The notes beneath the pieces are model-generated. The model saw only the letters and a program-made list of their open reading frames with translations, did no database searches and was not told where the DNA came from. From Callorhinchus milii (Eukaryota): a stretch of DNA of 64,000 nucleotides. Below, piece after piece: positions 1-12,085 of this stretch. Made by a program: the position numbers and the translations under genes. Where the stretch lies: the NCBI RefSeq assembly GCF_018977255.1, contig NW_024704743.1, positions 13,890,001-13,954,000 of the forward strand, read 5' to 3'. The stretch's first letter is position 1. Each line of letters starts with the position of its first letter.

Positions 1-322
1 TTCCCAGACTTAAAGAGAGGAACTAAATGAGTGGCTGAGTAGACTGAGCTATGTTCCTTATTTCTTAAAAAAGATGTTAAGGGGTGATTTGATTAAGGTA
101 ATTAAAATAATGAATTTACAGGTAAGATAGTACATAACACTTTCTTTTAGTAGAGGAGTCCATTTCAAGGCCATGGAATCAGATCCAAGACAGTTATAAC
201 TGAGGTCAGGGAGCATTTCCTCACCCAGAGGGTTGTAAAGGTGTGGAGTGCTCTGCCCCAGAAAGCTGTAGAGGTGAAATTAATAGGGATTCTTTAAAAA
301 GAGATGGACAGATACTGGGTGG
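1..322 (+). mobile_element. Degraded CR1-type LINE 3' fragment
   Basis: Motifs such as ttcctcacccagagggttgtaaaggtgtggagtgctctgccccag resemble the CR1 ORF2 C-terminus (FTQRVV..WN.LP) seen in better copies at 2060 and 10420. Confidence 0.65.
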
Positions 323-324
323 TA

Positions 325-1545
325 ACAACAACAACAACCTGGATTTATATAGCGCCCTCCATGCCGGACAGCGTCTCAGAGCGCTTCACAGTACAGATCC
401 CGGGGCCGAACCAGAGGGAGGGGGAGGAAGGTGACCAAAGGCGTGATCAAAAAGAAAGGTCTTCAGTCGAGACTGAAAGTGGGAAGAGACGAAGGGAGAG
501 GAAGGGAGTTCTAGAGCCTTGGGGCGGTGAGAATGCGGGTGGCAGAGTTTTGGATGACCTGGATATTGTGAATGGTAGTGGAGGGGAGACCGGCGAGGAG
601 GGCATTTGAATAGTCTAGCCAAGAGGTGACAAAGGCATGGACCAGGGTTTCAGCGACTTTTGGAGTGAGATATTGGTGGAGACGGGCGATGCATCGGAGG
701 TGGAAGAAGCGGTGCTGGTGAGGGACTGGATGTGAGGGAGGAAGGATAATTGGGGGTCAAACCTGACGTCTAGATTGCATATGGGTTCGGAGAGTTTTAG
801 GGGGAGGTCAGGTAGGTGGAGGAGGTGAGAACCGTGTCATTTTAGACCTTGACGGGAACCAAAGAGTATGGGTTCCGTCTTGTCAACGTTCAGTTGAAGG
901 AAATTTGCGCTCATCCAGCTCCTGAGATCTGACAGGCAGGCTGACAGAACATCAGGGGACTGGGGGTCACAAAGTGAGGTGGAAAAATAGAATTGGGTGT
1001 CGTCTGCATATATGTGGAAATGTACCCCATGTCTGAGGATAACATCCCCAAGAGGGAGCACATAGATCAGAAAGGAGGGAGCCAAGGATGGATCCTTGGG
1101 GCACCCCACAGGTAACCGGGTGAGAGCGGGAGGAAAAGCCGTTTGTGCAGATGTACTGCTGGGGGTTCGTGAGATAGGACTCAACTGATCCAGAGGGGAT
1201 GGACTGGTTGATAACATCATCCAGTAGTGTGCAGGGGAGGGGGAGCTGGGTGACCATCAAGTTGGTGGGGAGGGAGTCGAGGCAGCAGGTGGTGGGTTTC
1301 ATTGAGGTGATGGTGGGTGAGAGGGAGGAGGGAGAGATGGGGAGGAAGGAATGTAGGTTGGGGGTCGTGGTAGGAGCTGATGATGGGAAGGGTGAGGGGG
1401 ATGGAGAGAGGGTGGTGGTGGGTGACAAGATGCAGGAGGCTGCCTGGCGGATGTTGTGTATTTTGGATGAAAAGAAGTCCATGACCTCCTCGCACTTGGC
1501 ATTGGATGTGATAGGGGAATGGGGAAAATGCAGGACATTGGGATT
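325..1545 (-). mobile_element. L2-clade LINE fragment (RT region to 3' tail), internally deleted
   Basis: Minus ORFs give [34 protein letters not shown] and LKTFLF; (TTG)n tail at 325-338. Confidence 0.9.
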
Positions 1546-2059
1546 AAAAAATCTGCCAAAATCTAATAAACTGGTGGAACAGGCTGGATGGACTGACACA
1601 AGAAATCATAAGACCCAAATTAGGGGGATGTACTTTGTGTTAAAGACAAGTTTTAAGGAAAATTTTAACATCCATTTTGTACTATTTGGGCTGTGTGAAG
1701 TGCTTTGAGATGGCCTTACGACGTGAAAGACACTGTAGAAAATTAAACTGTTCTTAACAATAAAGGAATGGAATGTATTTAGAAATAAGATGACTTTGAC
1801 CTCCAATGCTCAGACCGCCAGGTTTCAGTTTCCTAAGTATTATGGTTGGTTGTAATGGAGGTTAGTGCTGTGGGTGGGATGACGCACATCCCTGAGGTAC
1901 AAAGAACTGAGCAGCAGCTCCTCCAGAGTCAAGAAATTACTACTCCAAAATAGCAACAACTTCCTTCCATCACACTCGCCTTCATCACAATGCTGGTCAG
2001 CCACATTGGTTTCAAAATGTTTGAGAAAGGAGTACATTAGATTGTGTGATACATATATC

Positions 2060-2340
2060 TAAGATAATTGGCAAAACAACCAGAGGGGAAATGAGAAGAC
2101 ATCTTTTTACCCAGAGAGTTGTTTCGGTCTGGAATGCACTGCCTGAAAAGGTGGTGGAAGCAGATTCAATAATAGCTTTCAAAAGGGAATTGGATAGGTA
2201 TTTAAAAAGGAAAAATTTGCAGGACTACAAGGTAAGAGCGGGGAAGTAGGACTAGTTGGTAGGTCTTTCAAGGAGCTGGCACAGGCACGCTGGGCCGAAT
2301 AGACCTCCTTCTGTGCTGTAATTTCCTATGATTCTCTGAT
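2060..2340 (+). mobile_element. CR1-type LINE 3' end
   Basis: ORF RRHLFTQRVVSVWNALPEKVVEADSIIAFKRELDRYL; ends in a CR1 gattct-type tail. Confidence 0.88.
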
Positions 2341-2399
2341 ACCCTAGAACGTCACTCAAATGACTTCTGGGTGAGAAATAATCCCTCACACATAGTGCC

Positions 2400-2750
2400 C
2401 TGGTTACACAGGGTGTGTGTGGTACATGAAGGGATCCAGCCTCATCAGAGGTACACTGAGCTGGCTGTGGATTTGAGATCGACAAGCATGCTTCCCTCGA
2501 GCAAAGGCACACAATCACTATAAATATCACCTCTGCTCAGAGCTCCCTCCAGACAATCCTCCAGTCTGTTTGCACCAACCCTCTTGGTTACATCTTCAGA
2601 AAGGTATGGGTGGCCCGAGCAAAACAACACTTAAAATGTCTGTTCACCCACTCTAGAGACCTGATGCCAAAACCTGACTCCTTTCATCAGATCCCATGTG
2701 TCAATTTACAAGGCCAGATAGGAAAGACCACCAGGAAACATGAGCCTAAT
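2400..2750 (+). mobile_element. Possible very degraded Penelope-like endonuclease-region remnant
   Basis: ORF 2610..2792 HLKCLFTHSRDLMPKPDSFHQIPCVNLQGQIGKTTRKHE loosely resembles the Penelope GIY-YIG pattern VYxIPCxxCxxxYIGxTxRxL..EH. Confidence 0.3.
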
Positions 2751-3274
2751 CATTCTTCATATTCTCTTTTTGTCCACCGTCTACTCTTTTGAAACATGGA
2801 TATTAATAACCTTCGGTCCACATTACTGAGCTGTCATCAATCAAGTAGCCATGATTTTACGGTAATAACTTAAACAAACCATGTGCGCTGGGTAGCAGGT
2901 AGCTGTGTTATGCTATACCCCAGGGATTTTCCTTTACTTTCTATCACCGCAGAATATCAAAAGCACGATTTGTGCCGTGTTTAGGAATGGGACACGCATT
3001 TTGTTGTCGCTTTAGCATTATTTGCCTTCTATTATACTGAGATTTTAAATTTCCATTGATGTACAGACCTGTTCCATTCAGGCTCTTCTCCAAGACCAAA
3101 CATTGGTGCAAAGATTGTGGGGGGAAAGGGGGCAAAACCACGGGCACTTAGAGTATTTCTGATGCTTATTCGTTATTTGGTGTCTCGTTTATTGTAAAGT
3201 GGGGGTTCTTCTGTTGACAGAATCCCCGAATCCACAGCTCAGTGCACATCTGTAGCAGCTGGATTGCTTAATAC

Positions 3275-3710
3275 ATTGAAGAACAGCACTTCATCCTCCT
3301 TTTAGGCACCTTACAGCCCTCTGGCCTCAACATTGATTTCAACTACTTCAGACTCTAACCACAGCTCCCATCTTCTCTCAGCCTTGCTCCCACACCCCCA
3401 TCTCTTCTATAACCATTAACATATTCTCTGGTTCTTAGACATATCTGTTCTGTCTATAATCTCCCACTATTGCCTTTTGTTTTGCACCATCAACACCTCT
3501 AATCTCATCATTTTCTGTCCTCCATCTAAAAATGTTTCCTTTGTCTTTCTTTCCCTGCCCCCTTCCCTGCTTATCCTTATAATCTGCTCCCTTCCAACAC
3601 ACCCCAATTCTAACGAAAGGTCATAGATCTGAAACGTTAACTCATTTTGCTTTCTCCATGGATGCTGCCTGACCTGCTGTGTGTTCCCAGTGACTTTGGT
3701 GTTTATACCT
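3275..3710 (+). mobile_element. Penelope-like element 3' remnant (GIY-YIG C-terminus plus pLTR with a degenerate hammerhead)
   Basis: 3278-3358 translates EEQHFILLLGTLQPSGLNIDFNYFRL*, the E..I..L.T..P.GLN end of the GIY-YIG domain. It is followed by a pyrimidine-rich spacer and ctaacga-aaggtcatagatct-gaaacgtt-aact...gatgctgcctgacctgctg. Confidence 0.75.
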
Positions 3711-4289
3711 TTTGCTTAAGACGTCTTTGTCTTGTCTCCCATCTGTGATCAGCCTGTCAGTGGCTAATTGACATTTTATTCCACGGCACTTTGTTTTGCT
3801 TCCTCAGTTTCCAGATCAACAGAAACAACCCTAACAGACTCATTCCTTTGATCCTAGGTTATTTTCATTTGTATGTGTGTGAGCGTGTGAAAACGTGAAA
3901 AAGCTTTTACTGACAGCGTCACACAGCGATGATGCCCCTTTAAATTTCTGGAGGGGTGCACATGGAGAAGGGGATGGTTACTTGGGAAAGAGTCCAGACA
4001 ATACCAATGCTCCCCCAGCATTGCAACGCAGTGTCAGCTTAAACTATTAGCTCAAAGTCCTAACGTGGGTCTTGAACCCTCAACCTTCTGACTCACAGCC
4101 GAGGGTGCTACTGATTGAGCCAGGCTGACACATGGCAGCTGCAGCCAGTGTATGGCATTTCTGGTACAGCGTAGATCCATAGTTACACCTGCATTTCTAA
4201 CAAGACATGCACTATACCAGGGAACATTCTAACAGGGTAAAATTGTGTCATTCGCTGAGATGACTGTGAAGTACAAACAATATGATGCA

Positions 4290-4530
4290 TAAAGAAGTTT
4301 GAATTGACTGTATATTTTGTGGGCAAAACGCGGCCGTCAATTGTGCCCAGCAGTGTCCCACGAACAGTCGTGGATTGAGTGACCAAATTATTATTAATAT
4401 GTTTTTTTGAAGGAATTATTATCCCCGAAAAGTGATCCGCCAATCGACTCACAACTGGATTCCTACTTCCTGCTAGGTAAGCATAGGGATGCGAAGTAAG
4501 TAAATTTACCCAACGTTTTGCCCTGCCCAA
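4290..4530 (-). mobile_element. SINE family A, partial
   Basis: ttgactgtatattttgtgggcaaaacgcggccgtcaattgtgcccagcagtgtccca...gtttt gccctgccc matches the other copies. Confidence 0.8.
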
Positions 4531-6244
4531 AGTTCCAGTGCAACACACATTTTCATTGCCATGACCAAGCAAAAAGCACTAAATTACATTATACACCTTA
4601 TAATCCTTAACATCAACTAAACCCAGAGTTTAGTAAAGAGTACACTACGTACACAGTAATCCAATAGGACAAGAAAAATCCTCTTCAGGAAATGGTCTTA
4701 TTTCTAGCATTCGTCTGATTTGATTAATAAAAACAGCCTCCCCACCCCACCCAATACTCTCAATTGATTCAAGAACAACATTGTTACATGTATCCAGCAA
4801 GTGAGTTCAATCCTAAGGGGGGAGAATGTGGATAGATTTTTATATTAACAACCCAGTCTTCTGACTCTGCAGCTAGACACTAAATCACATTAAAGGGGAC
4901 TAACTTCAGTAACAGATGATTCCAACCAAATATACAAAGTGACTTGTATATCAGTGCTCTGAGAAACTACCCCATGTGAAAGGTGCTATATATAAATGGA
5001 GAAACCTATATAAAAGTTGTTGCTGATAATACTAAACACACAATGTGAGGAAGAACACGTAAGCAAGACAAACACAAATGCCTCTCCTCCCAAAACCATC
5101 CCCCACCCACACACACAAAAGAATTTTTTTTAACACATTCTCATAAAGTCGGGTCCCACTAAGAATATCACTGACAGTATCAAAACAGTACCAGCTCTGC
5201 GATCTCGCCACAGAGAAACAGTAATTGCACTTGAGAGGTTCCAGCACAACCTACATTTTCACTGAAATTACCAAGCAAACAGTCCCATTTGACATTATAC
5301 ACTGAAAATAAAATACAAAATGACATTTGTATATTACCTTTCATGTTCGGAGGACAACCCAAGGCGCTGGGATGTCCTCCCAGGACATCCTCCATTTATA
5401 TTAAAATCTAACATAAATCAGCACATTGAGGACACTTTCTTTTCCTGACCAAGGCAAACTAGTTGAAGTGTTTGCAGACCCAGAAATCTCCAAATATTTA
5501 CATTTCTGTGAAGGCCCTGGCCACACTGCCCACTGTAAACAAAAAATAACCGCCAATTGATTGCCCAAACCATTGCAGCTCAAAGTGCAGGGTTTCAGAG
5601 AAAGAGCATGTCAGAGTGAAGTGAAAGCATTAAGGATGTGGCATTCTCTCAGCCTGTCAAGAGTTTGTGTGTAAGCGGTGTGCACACAGCCATGGTAATA
5701 ATAACTAATGCGGTCATTGCTTCAGTCGCTGTAACCTAATCCTCGTCCTATGTCTCGAGTACGTCACATGAACCACTGAAAGCCCCAGCACATCAGATTG
5801 CAGTATCTTTTTCAGTGCAATTTGGCCTGTGGGACAAACAGTCCACACGACCTGTATCACAACAACAACAACTTGCATCTGTGTAGCGCCCTTCACTCCA
5901 TCGTGTCACAGAGCCATAAAAGGCAGTTTAAGAGGTTACAGTGAGAGCACATTGTGCCATCATTTCCTGTTCGTGACAGACCTACAGATAATGTACAACA
6001 CCTCTAAGTGACACATGCACCTGAATCCCATTCAGTTTCCTCTTTTTATTCCCTTGTTCCATTGCGTCATGGGGGGGAGGAGTGAGGGGAAAGAGAGGGG
6101 TCACTGACCCACAATGGGTGTCTCTCACTCACCCCTAATGTCAGGCAAGTTTCCTTACTCAACACACATACGCACGCTTCTGCTTACCCACCAGCATGTA
6201 GGAACCCAGTTGTTAGTCGATTGGCAGATAACTTTCTGGGAGTA

Positions 6245-6545
6245 ATTGAATTGCATTGAATCACGGGAAATGACACCCTGACCCGTCAACGTACTCACAC
6301 TTACTCACACTCTGCATTGAATCATCTAAAACGTAGCCGTGATCCGTCACTACCTGCACACTTACCAGTTGCAGTGACAAAGTACCATATTCACACTTAG
6401 CGGCTGCATTGAATTACCCATGACTGTGTAGATTATCGATTAAATCATATTTTATACAGTTTGCCTGCAACTCACACTTTATGTAAGTCATATTAAATTT
6501 TATGGTCCTGGCTTTTGAGTTTTATTGTATATCCGATGGTTACAG
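6245..6545 (+). repeat. Unclassified interspersed repeat (family D); second copy at ~46765-46965
   Basis: Shared blocks gcattgaat, cggctgcattgaattac, tgtagat.at.gatta, ttgcctgcaactca, attaaat.ttatggtcc, gagttttat. Confidence 0.7.
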
Positions 6546-6614
6546 TAAGGCACAGGGTTACAATAATTGTTTGAAGTCTGGAATCATTTCAAGCACTAAA
6601 AGATATTGCCTTAC

Positions 6615-6721
6615 CAGGATACTGCCGCTGCCTCCTTGCTGTCGGGACAGACTCACACCCATCCACTCATTGTCCCTGTCCTCCTTACACGTTTTACCAC
6701 AAGACTTTTCTCGTTGATTAC
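6615..6721 (-). CDS. ITGA9: ITGA9 exon 3 (107 nt): (G)NQREKSCGKTCKEDRDNEWMGVSLSRQQGGSGSIL
   Basis: aattctcag|GT acceptor, CTG|gtaagg donor. Matches human GKNRGTSCGKTCREDRDDEWMGVSLARQPKADGRVL. I did not find exon 4 in the remaining 6.6 kb, so the gene probably continues beyond position 1. Confidence 0.97.
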
Positions 6722-7059
6722 CTGAGAATTTCAGACAAAAGATCCGTCACTCAAAGCATTTCAAGGCAAATAAACAACAAGGATCATCTTCTGCAGCCCA
6801 AAAAGGATTCCTAGAAATATAAAAGTGTGCAGAACATTGTACTACAACTCATTCCAAACACAGTGGGATGTGTTTGGAATGCAGCTCTGCATTGCATATC
6901 ATTCGATTTTATGAAGCTTACAAATAAACACCATCAAATGTTAAGAATCTAGAGAAACAGGACACTCAGTCCATCAAGCCTATTCTGTCATTTTGTTAGA
7001 TCGTGGCATGCCTTTTTAGTTCCATATCCCTGTCTTTTTGGAGTCCTTCAGCTGTAGCG

Positions 7060-8037
7060 GAGTTCTTCTTTTCCTTATCTATATGCTCCCTCTGGGCAAT
7101 GTCATCCGCAGACACGGGGTAAACTTCTACATGTACTCAGGTGACACACAAATCTACTTTGCCTTCTCCAGTGCCAACTCCAGGTCCCCTGATGTTCTAT
7201 CAGCTTGTCTGGCAGACATCAAGACCTGGATGAGTGTCCTGCAGCTGAATATGGACAAGACAGAAGCCATACTCCTTGGCTCCCGTCAACGTCTTCACTA
7301 CTGTGGATCTGAACTCCTCAATCTCCCTGCGACTCCCTCAGACTCACCAAACCAGTGCACAATCAAGGCGTCCAGTTCGACCCCCAGCTATCCTCCCTCC
7401 CCCACATGCGGTCCCTGAGCAGGACCGCCTTCCTCCACCTCTGCCACATTGCCCACCTCTGACCGTACCTTACTCCAAATGCAGCCGTCACCTCCCGCTT
7501 GGATTACTCAAACTCACTCCCGGTCGGTCTCCCCAGCTCCACTAGTCATAAAGATCAAGTTCATTCAGAACTCTGCTGCTCACATACTGACCGGGACCAA
7601 ACTCCGTACCCACATCTCACCAGTTCTGGTCAGGCTCCACTGGCTCCCCATCACCAAACGGATCAAATTCAAGATCCTCACGCTCGTGTTCAAATCCATT
7701 CACTCCCCGGCACCTCCCTAGCTTTCCGACCTCCTCACTCCTCAATCTGGTCGACTGGCGCCAGCCTCCAGTTTGTCCCTCGCACCCTGCGCTCCACCGT
7801 CGGAGGTCATGCTTTCAGCCACCACGCCCCCAAACTCTGGAACACTCTCCCTCAATCCCTCCGCCTTGCCTCCTCTCTCCCCACTTTCAAGTCCCGCTTG
7901 AAAACTTTTCTCTTCAACTGTGCTTATGGCCACCTCCCCTTCCCCCCGACTTGGAGTCAGGCTCTGCCACTGTTAAGCGCTCTGAGACGTTACCCTGCGT
8001 GGAGGGCACTATATAAGTGCAAGTTGTTGTTGTTGTT
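7060..8037 (+). mobile_element. L2-clade LINE 3' ~1 kb
   Basis: ORFs LFLIYMLPLG..YSGDTQIY, IQNSAAHILT..HISPVLVRLHWLP..IKFKIL, APKLWNTLP..FKSRLKTFLF; (TTG)n tail. Confidence 0.92.
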
Positions 8038-8392
8038 AGCTGTTAGAGCACTCGCCTCGCACGCAAAAGGGCCTGGGTTTGATTCCCGGACAGGGCGAAA
8101 ACTTAGGCAAGTATCCTCACTACTCACGCCTCTGTTTACCGAGTGTTAAGTACGAACCTGATTGGCGGATCACTTTTCCAGGGGTAATAATGCATTAAAA
8201 AATATATAATAGATAAATAATAATAATTTGGTCTCTCAATCCACGTCTGTTTGTGGGACACTGCTGTGCGTAATTGGCTGCTGCGTTTCACCTAAAAAAT
8301 ATACAGTCAATTCACTTTACAGTATATTTTGTGAAGCGCTTTGAGACGTCTCAAAAACTTGATAAGGCGCTACATCAAATGCAAGGATTAAT
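8038..8392 (+). mobile_element. tRNA-derived Deu-domain SINE with L2-type tail (family A)
   Basis: tRNA-like head with B-box gggtttgattccc; central tgtgggacactgctgtgcgtaattggctgc; tail gaagcgctttgagacgtc...ggcgctacatcaaatgcaagg. Confidence 0.85.
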
Positions 8393-8472
8393 ATTAAATC
8401 TTCCAAGGTCAATATTTGATTTATGCATTTTGGTTTGTTGGGCCAGTGTACCTCACTGTGAAATACAACAAT

Positions 8473-8822
8473 AATAATTCTTGCATTTGATATAGTGCCT
8501 TATCAGCTCATTGAGCATTCCCAAAGTGCTTAACAGAATATACTGTAAAGTGAATTGACTTTACAGTATATTCTGTAAATCTGATTTTGTGAGTGAAATG
8601 CAGCAGCCAATTGCACACCGCAGTGTCCCACAAACAGTAGTGGATTGAGTGAACAAATTATTTTTTTGAGGGATTATCACCCGATCTGCCAATCCCCTAA
8701 TAACCAGGTTTCTACTCACTGCTAGGTAAACAGAGGCGTGTGGAGTTAGGAAATTTAACCAAGGTTCACCGTGCACGGGAATCAAACATGGCTCCTCTCG
8801 CTTGCGAGGCGAGTGCTCTAAT
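8473..8822 (-). mobile_element. SINE family A, inverted relative to the 8038 copy
   Basis: Reverse complement of the same head, body and tail motifs. Confidence 0.85.
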
Positions 8823-10419
8823 TCTGCATAGAGTCATTCTGTTTGTTTGAATACAACTTGCACTTATTGAAGATTGAAATCAGTGGAGATGTACAGAAAT
8901 AGGAAGCTCCCTCCAGCCCATTTCTTCTGCAGCCACATCCCAACCTTATTATCTAATCCATTCGATCTCCAGGAGCAAAGCTCAACCCTTTCTTCCCTCC
9001 CTCCTTCCACAAGCATTTCTCACCATTCCCCAGCAGCACAGAAGTCGGGGAGCATTTGATTATTTGTGTCACTACATTATGCCCCTCAGCTCACTCGCTC
9101 ACAGTGAAATTTGACTATCCATGGTCAACATGGAGTCTCTCCGGGAGCATTTTAATCTGTGACATAGCACTACTTGACACAGCCGCGTGTGCTTTTAAAC
9201 CAGTTGATGCAGACCATTTCAGGATATCTGAAAGCCAGTGTGAATGGATTTATTGTTCAGTGAAGAATCGTCAACAGTAAAGTTCACTAATCCCTAGAGG
9301 AACTTCCAGCTGCGAGGAGGTGCTTGTTTTGGTATCTGAAAATAGCTTTCCTTCAGAGTAACAACAGATGAATACAGAGCAACGTGCTACCTAACATTGG
9401 TTACTATGGATCCAATAACCCTTGCAATTTTCTATAGCGGCTATAACGTAAAAATGTCTTGAGTCATTTCCCAGACATTTGCTAAATGTAGTCGCTGTAT
9501 TTTGAAAAAAAACATAGCAGCCAATTTGAGCGCAGAAAAATTCCAAAACAGGCATGAAGTGAATGATCATTTTTATCCGGGGGATTGTTGGTCAGGACAG
9601 GACCCAGGAGAACTCACAGGAGAAAGAGTATCACAGGATTCTTAACATTCATTTGAACAGGCAGCTGGGACCTAGGTTTAACATCTCATCCAAAGGACAG
9701 CACCTCTGACAACGCACCATCTCTCAGCCCTGCACTGGGGTGTCAGCCAACATGTGAGCTTGCAGCTTCCAATTCCATTCGAAACACACGATTGTCAAAT
9801 TAACCACACTTAGTGAACCAAGCCAAATGGTGTTTTGCGTCACTGCTATGTCCTCTCAAACTGAACACAGATTACAGCTAGGTCACAGGGTAAAGAGGTC
9901 AATAGCCTCATTAAAATTACATTTGTGGTTTTCAAAGAGCTGGGTGAATATTTTAATTTCAAACAAAGTTAACTTGATCACAATAATTGAATAAGATGTC
10001 ACTAAGACATTTAAGGGAGTCAGTCGCTTTGCTTGACTTTTAGAATTGCCCTCAAAGCTTTGATCTACAGTCTGGTCTGCAACATCTGGAAATTAGTGCT
10101 GTGTAATAAATACTCGTGCAGAAATTCCATCAGGGTCCAGATTTATCCTATTTATTGAAGCAATTTAGAGATTGAGAATTTGGCAATTTGTTGCATTCAG
10201 TCTTACCTTTGATACCGGCCTTCTTTTTCTCAAAACTTTGCTGCCTGTATCCTCACCCACACCAAACCCGGATCGATTTCACGATCCTCTCACTTTGTGT
10301 ACAAATCACTTCATGCCCTGGCAGCTCCCTGGCAACTCCCAACCTCTCTGACTTCCTCATACCCCATTCCACTACCCACTGCCTTTGTTAAAGACCAGGG
10401 GACATGAAGCAGACTTATA

Positions 10420-11150
10420 TCATAGAATCATAGAATTATACAGCACAGAAAGAGACCATTCGGCCCATTGTGTCCGTGCTGGCTTTCTGAAAACAGCTAT
10501 CCAATTCAATCCCTCTCTCCCGCTCTCTCCCCATATTCCTGCAAACTTATTCTGCCCAAATAATTATCTACTTCTCTCTTAAAAGTTGTTATCAAATCGG
10601 CTTCCACCGCCCTTTCAGGCAATGCATTCCAGATCCCAATAACTTGCTGCGTGAAAAATTTCTCCTGATCTGTTTTAAATCAGTGTCCTCAGGTTACCGA
10701 CCCACCCACCAGTGGAAATAGTTCCTCCTTGTTCATCCTATCGAAACCCCTCATAATTTTGAAAACTTCTATTAAGTCTCCTCTTAACCTTCTCTGCTCC
10801 AAGGAGAATAATCCCAGCTTCTCCAGCCTCTCCTGATAACTGAAGTCCCTCATTCCTGGTACCATTCTGGTAAATCTCCTTTGCACCCTCTCCAATGCCT
10901 TGACATCCTTCCTAAAGTGTGGTGCCCAGAACTGAACACAGTCTCTCGCTGAGGCCTAACCAGTGTTTGATAAAGGTTCATCATAACTTCCTGACTTTTG
11001 TATTCTATGCCCCTATTTATAAAGCCTAGTATCCCGTATGCTTTTTTAACAGCTTTATCTACCAGTCATGTCACCTTCAAAGATTTACTTATATGAACCC
11101 CAGGTCTCTGTTTTCCTTCAGCCCCTTTAAGATTGTACCTTATATTTCCA
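10420..11150 (-). mobile_element. CR1-type LINE 3' ~0.7 kb
   Basis: ORF ERVQRRFTRMVPGMRDFSYQERLEKLGLFSLEQRRLRGDLIEVFKIMRGFD; (ATTCTATG)n tail at ~10420-10437. Confidence 0.92.
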
Positions 11151-11199
11151 TACCATCTAGCTTATATTTAGCAATGATCCCGCACACAACACCGCCCCA

Positions 11200-12085
11200 T
11201 CTCCCCGCCCTGGCAAACAGCACTGCCCCCCCCGCAAACACCACTGCCCCCCCCACAAACACCACTGCCCCCCCCACAAACAGCACCGCCCCGCAAACAG
11301 CACTGCCCCCCCCGCAAACAGCACTGCCCCCCCGCAAACAGCACTGCCCCCCACGCAAACAGCACTGCCCCCCCCGCAAACAGCACTGCCCCCACGCAAA
11401 CAGCACTGCCCCCCACGCAAACAGCACTGCCCCCCACGCAAACAGCACTGCCCCCCCGCAAACAGCACTGCCCCCCCCACGCAAACAGCACCCCCCCACG
11501 CAAACAGCACTGCCCCCCACGCAAACACCACTGCCCCCCCGCAAATACCACTGCCCCCCCGCAAACACCACTGCCCCCCCCCACAAACAGCACTGCCCCC
11601 CCCACAATCAGCACTGCCCCCCCGCAAACAGCACTGCCCCCCCGCAAACAGCACTGCCCCCCCCCGCAAACAGCACTGCCCCCCCCGCAAACAGCACTGC
11701 CCCCCCCGCAAACAGCACTGCCCCCCTTGCAAACAGCACTGCCCCCCCCGCAAACAGCACTGCCCCCCACGCAAACAGCACTGCCCCCCCCGCAAACACC
11801 ACTGCCCCCACCCAAACAGCACTGCCCCCACGCAAACAACACTGCCCCCCCCAAACAGCACTGCCCCCCCCCCACAAACAGCACCCCCCACAAACAGCAC
11901 TGCCCCCCCCGCAAACAGCACTGCCCCCCCGCAAACAGCACTGCCCCCCCCGCAAACAGCACTGCCCCCCCCACAAACAGCACCGCCCCACAATCAGCAC
12001 TGCCCCCCGCAAACAGCACAGCCCCCCCACAAACAGTACTGCCCCCGCAAACAGCACTGCTCCCCGCAAACAGCACTGCCCCTGT
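11200..12085. repeat. C-rich minisatellite, ~20-23 bp unit GCAAACAGCACTGC(C)n, about 40 copies
   Basis: Directly visible tandem array with variable C-run length; explains the low-complexity ORFs in all frames. Confidence 0.97.

Noticed and set aside
11200..12085. CRISPR-like array
   Set aside because: No unique spacers, eukaryotic context and no cas genes.
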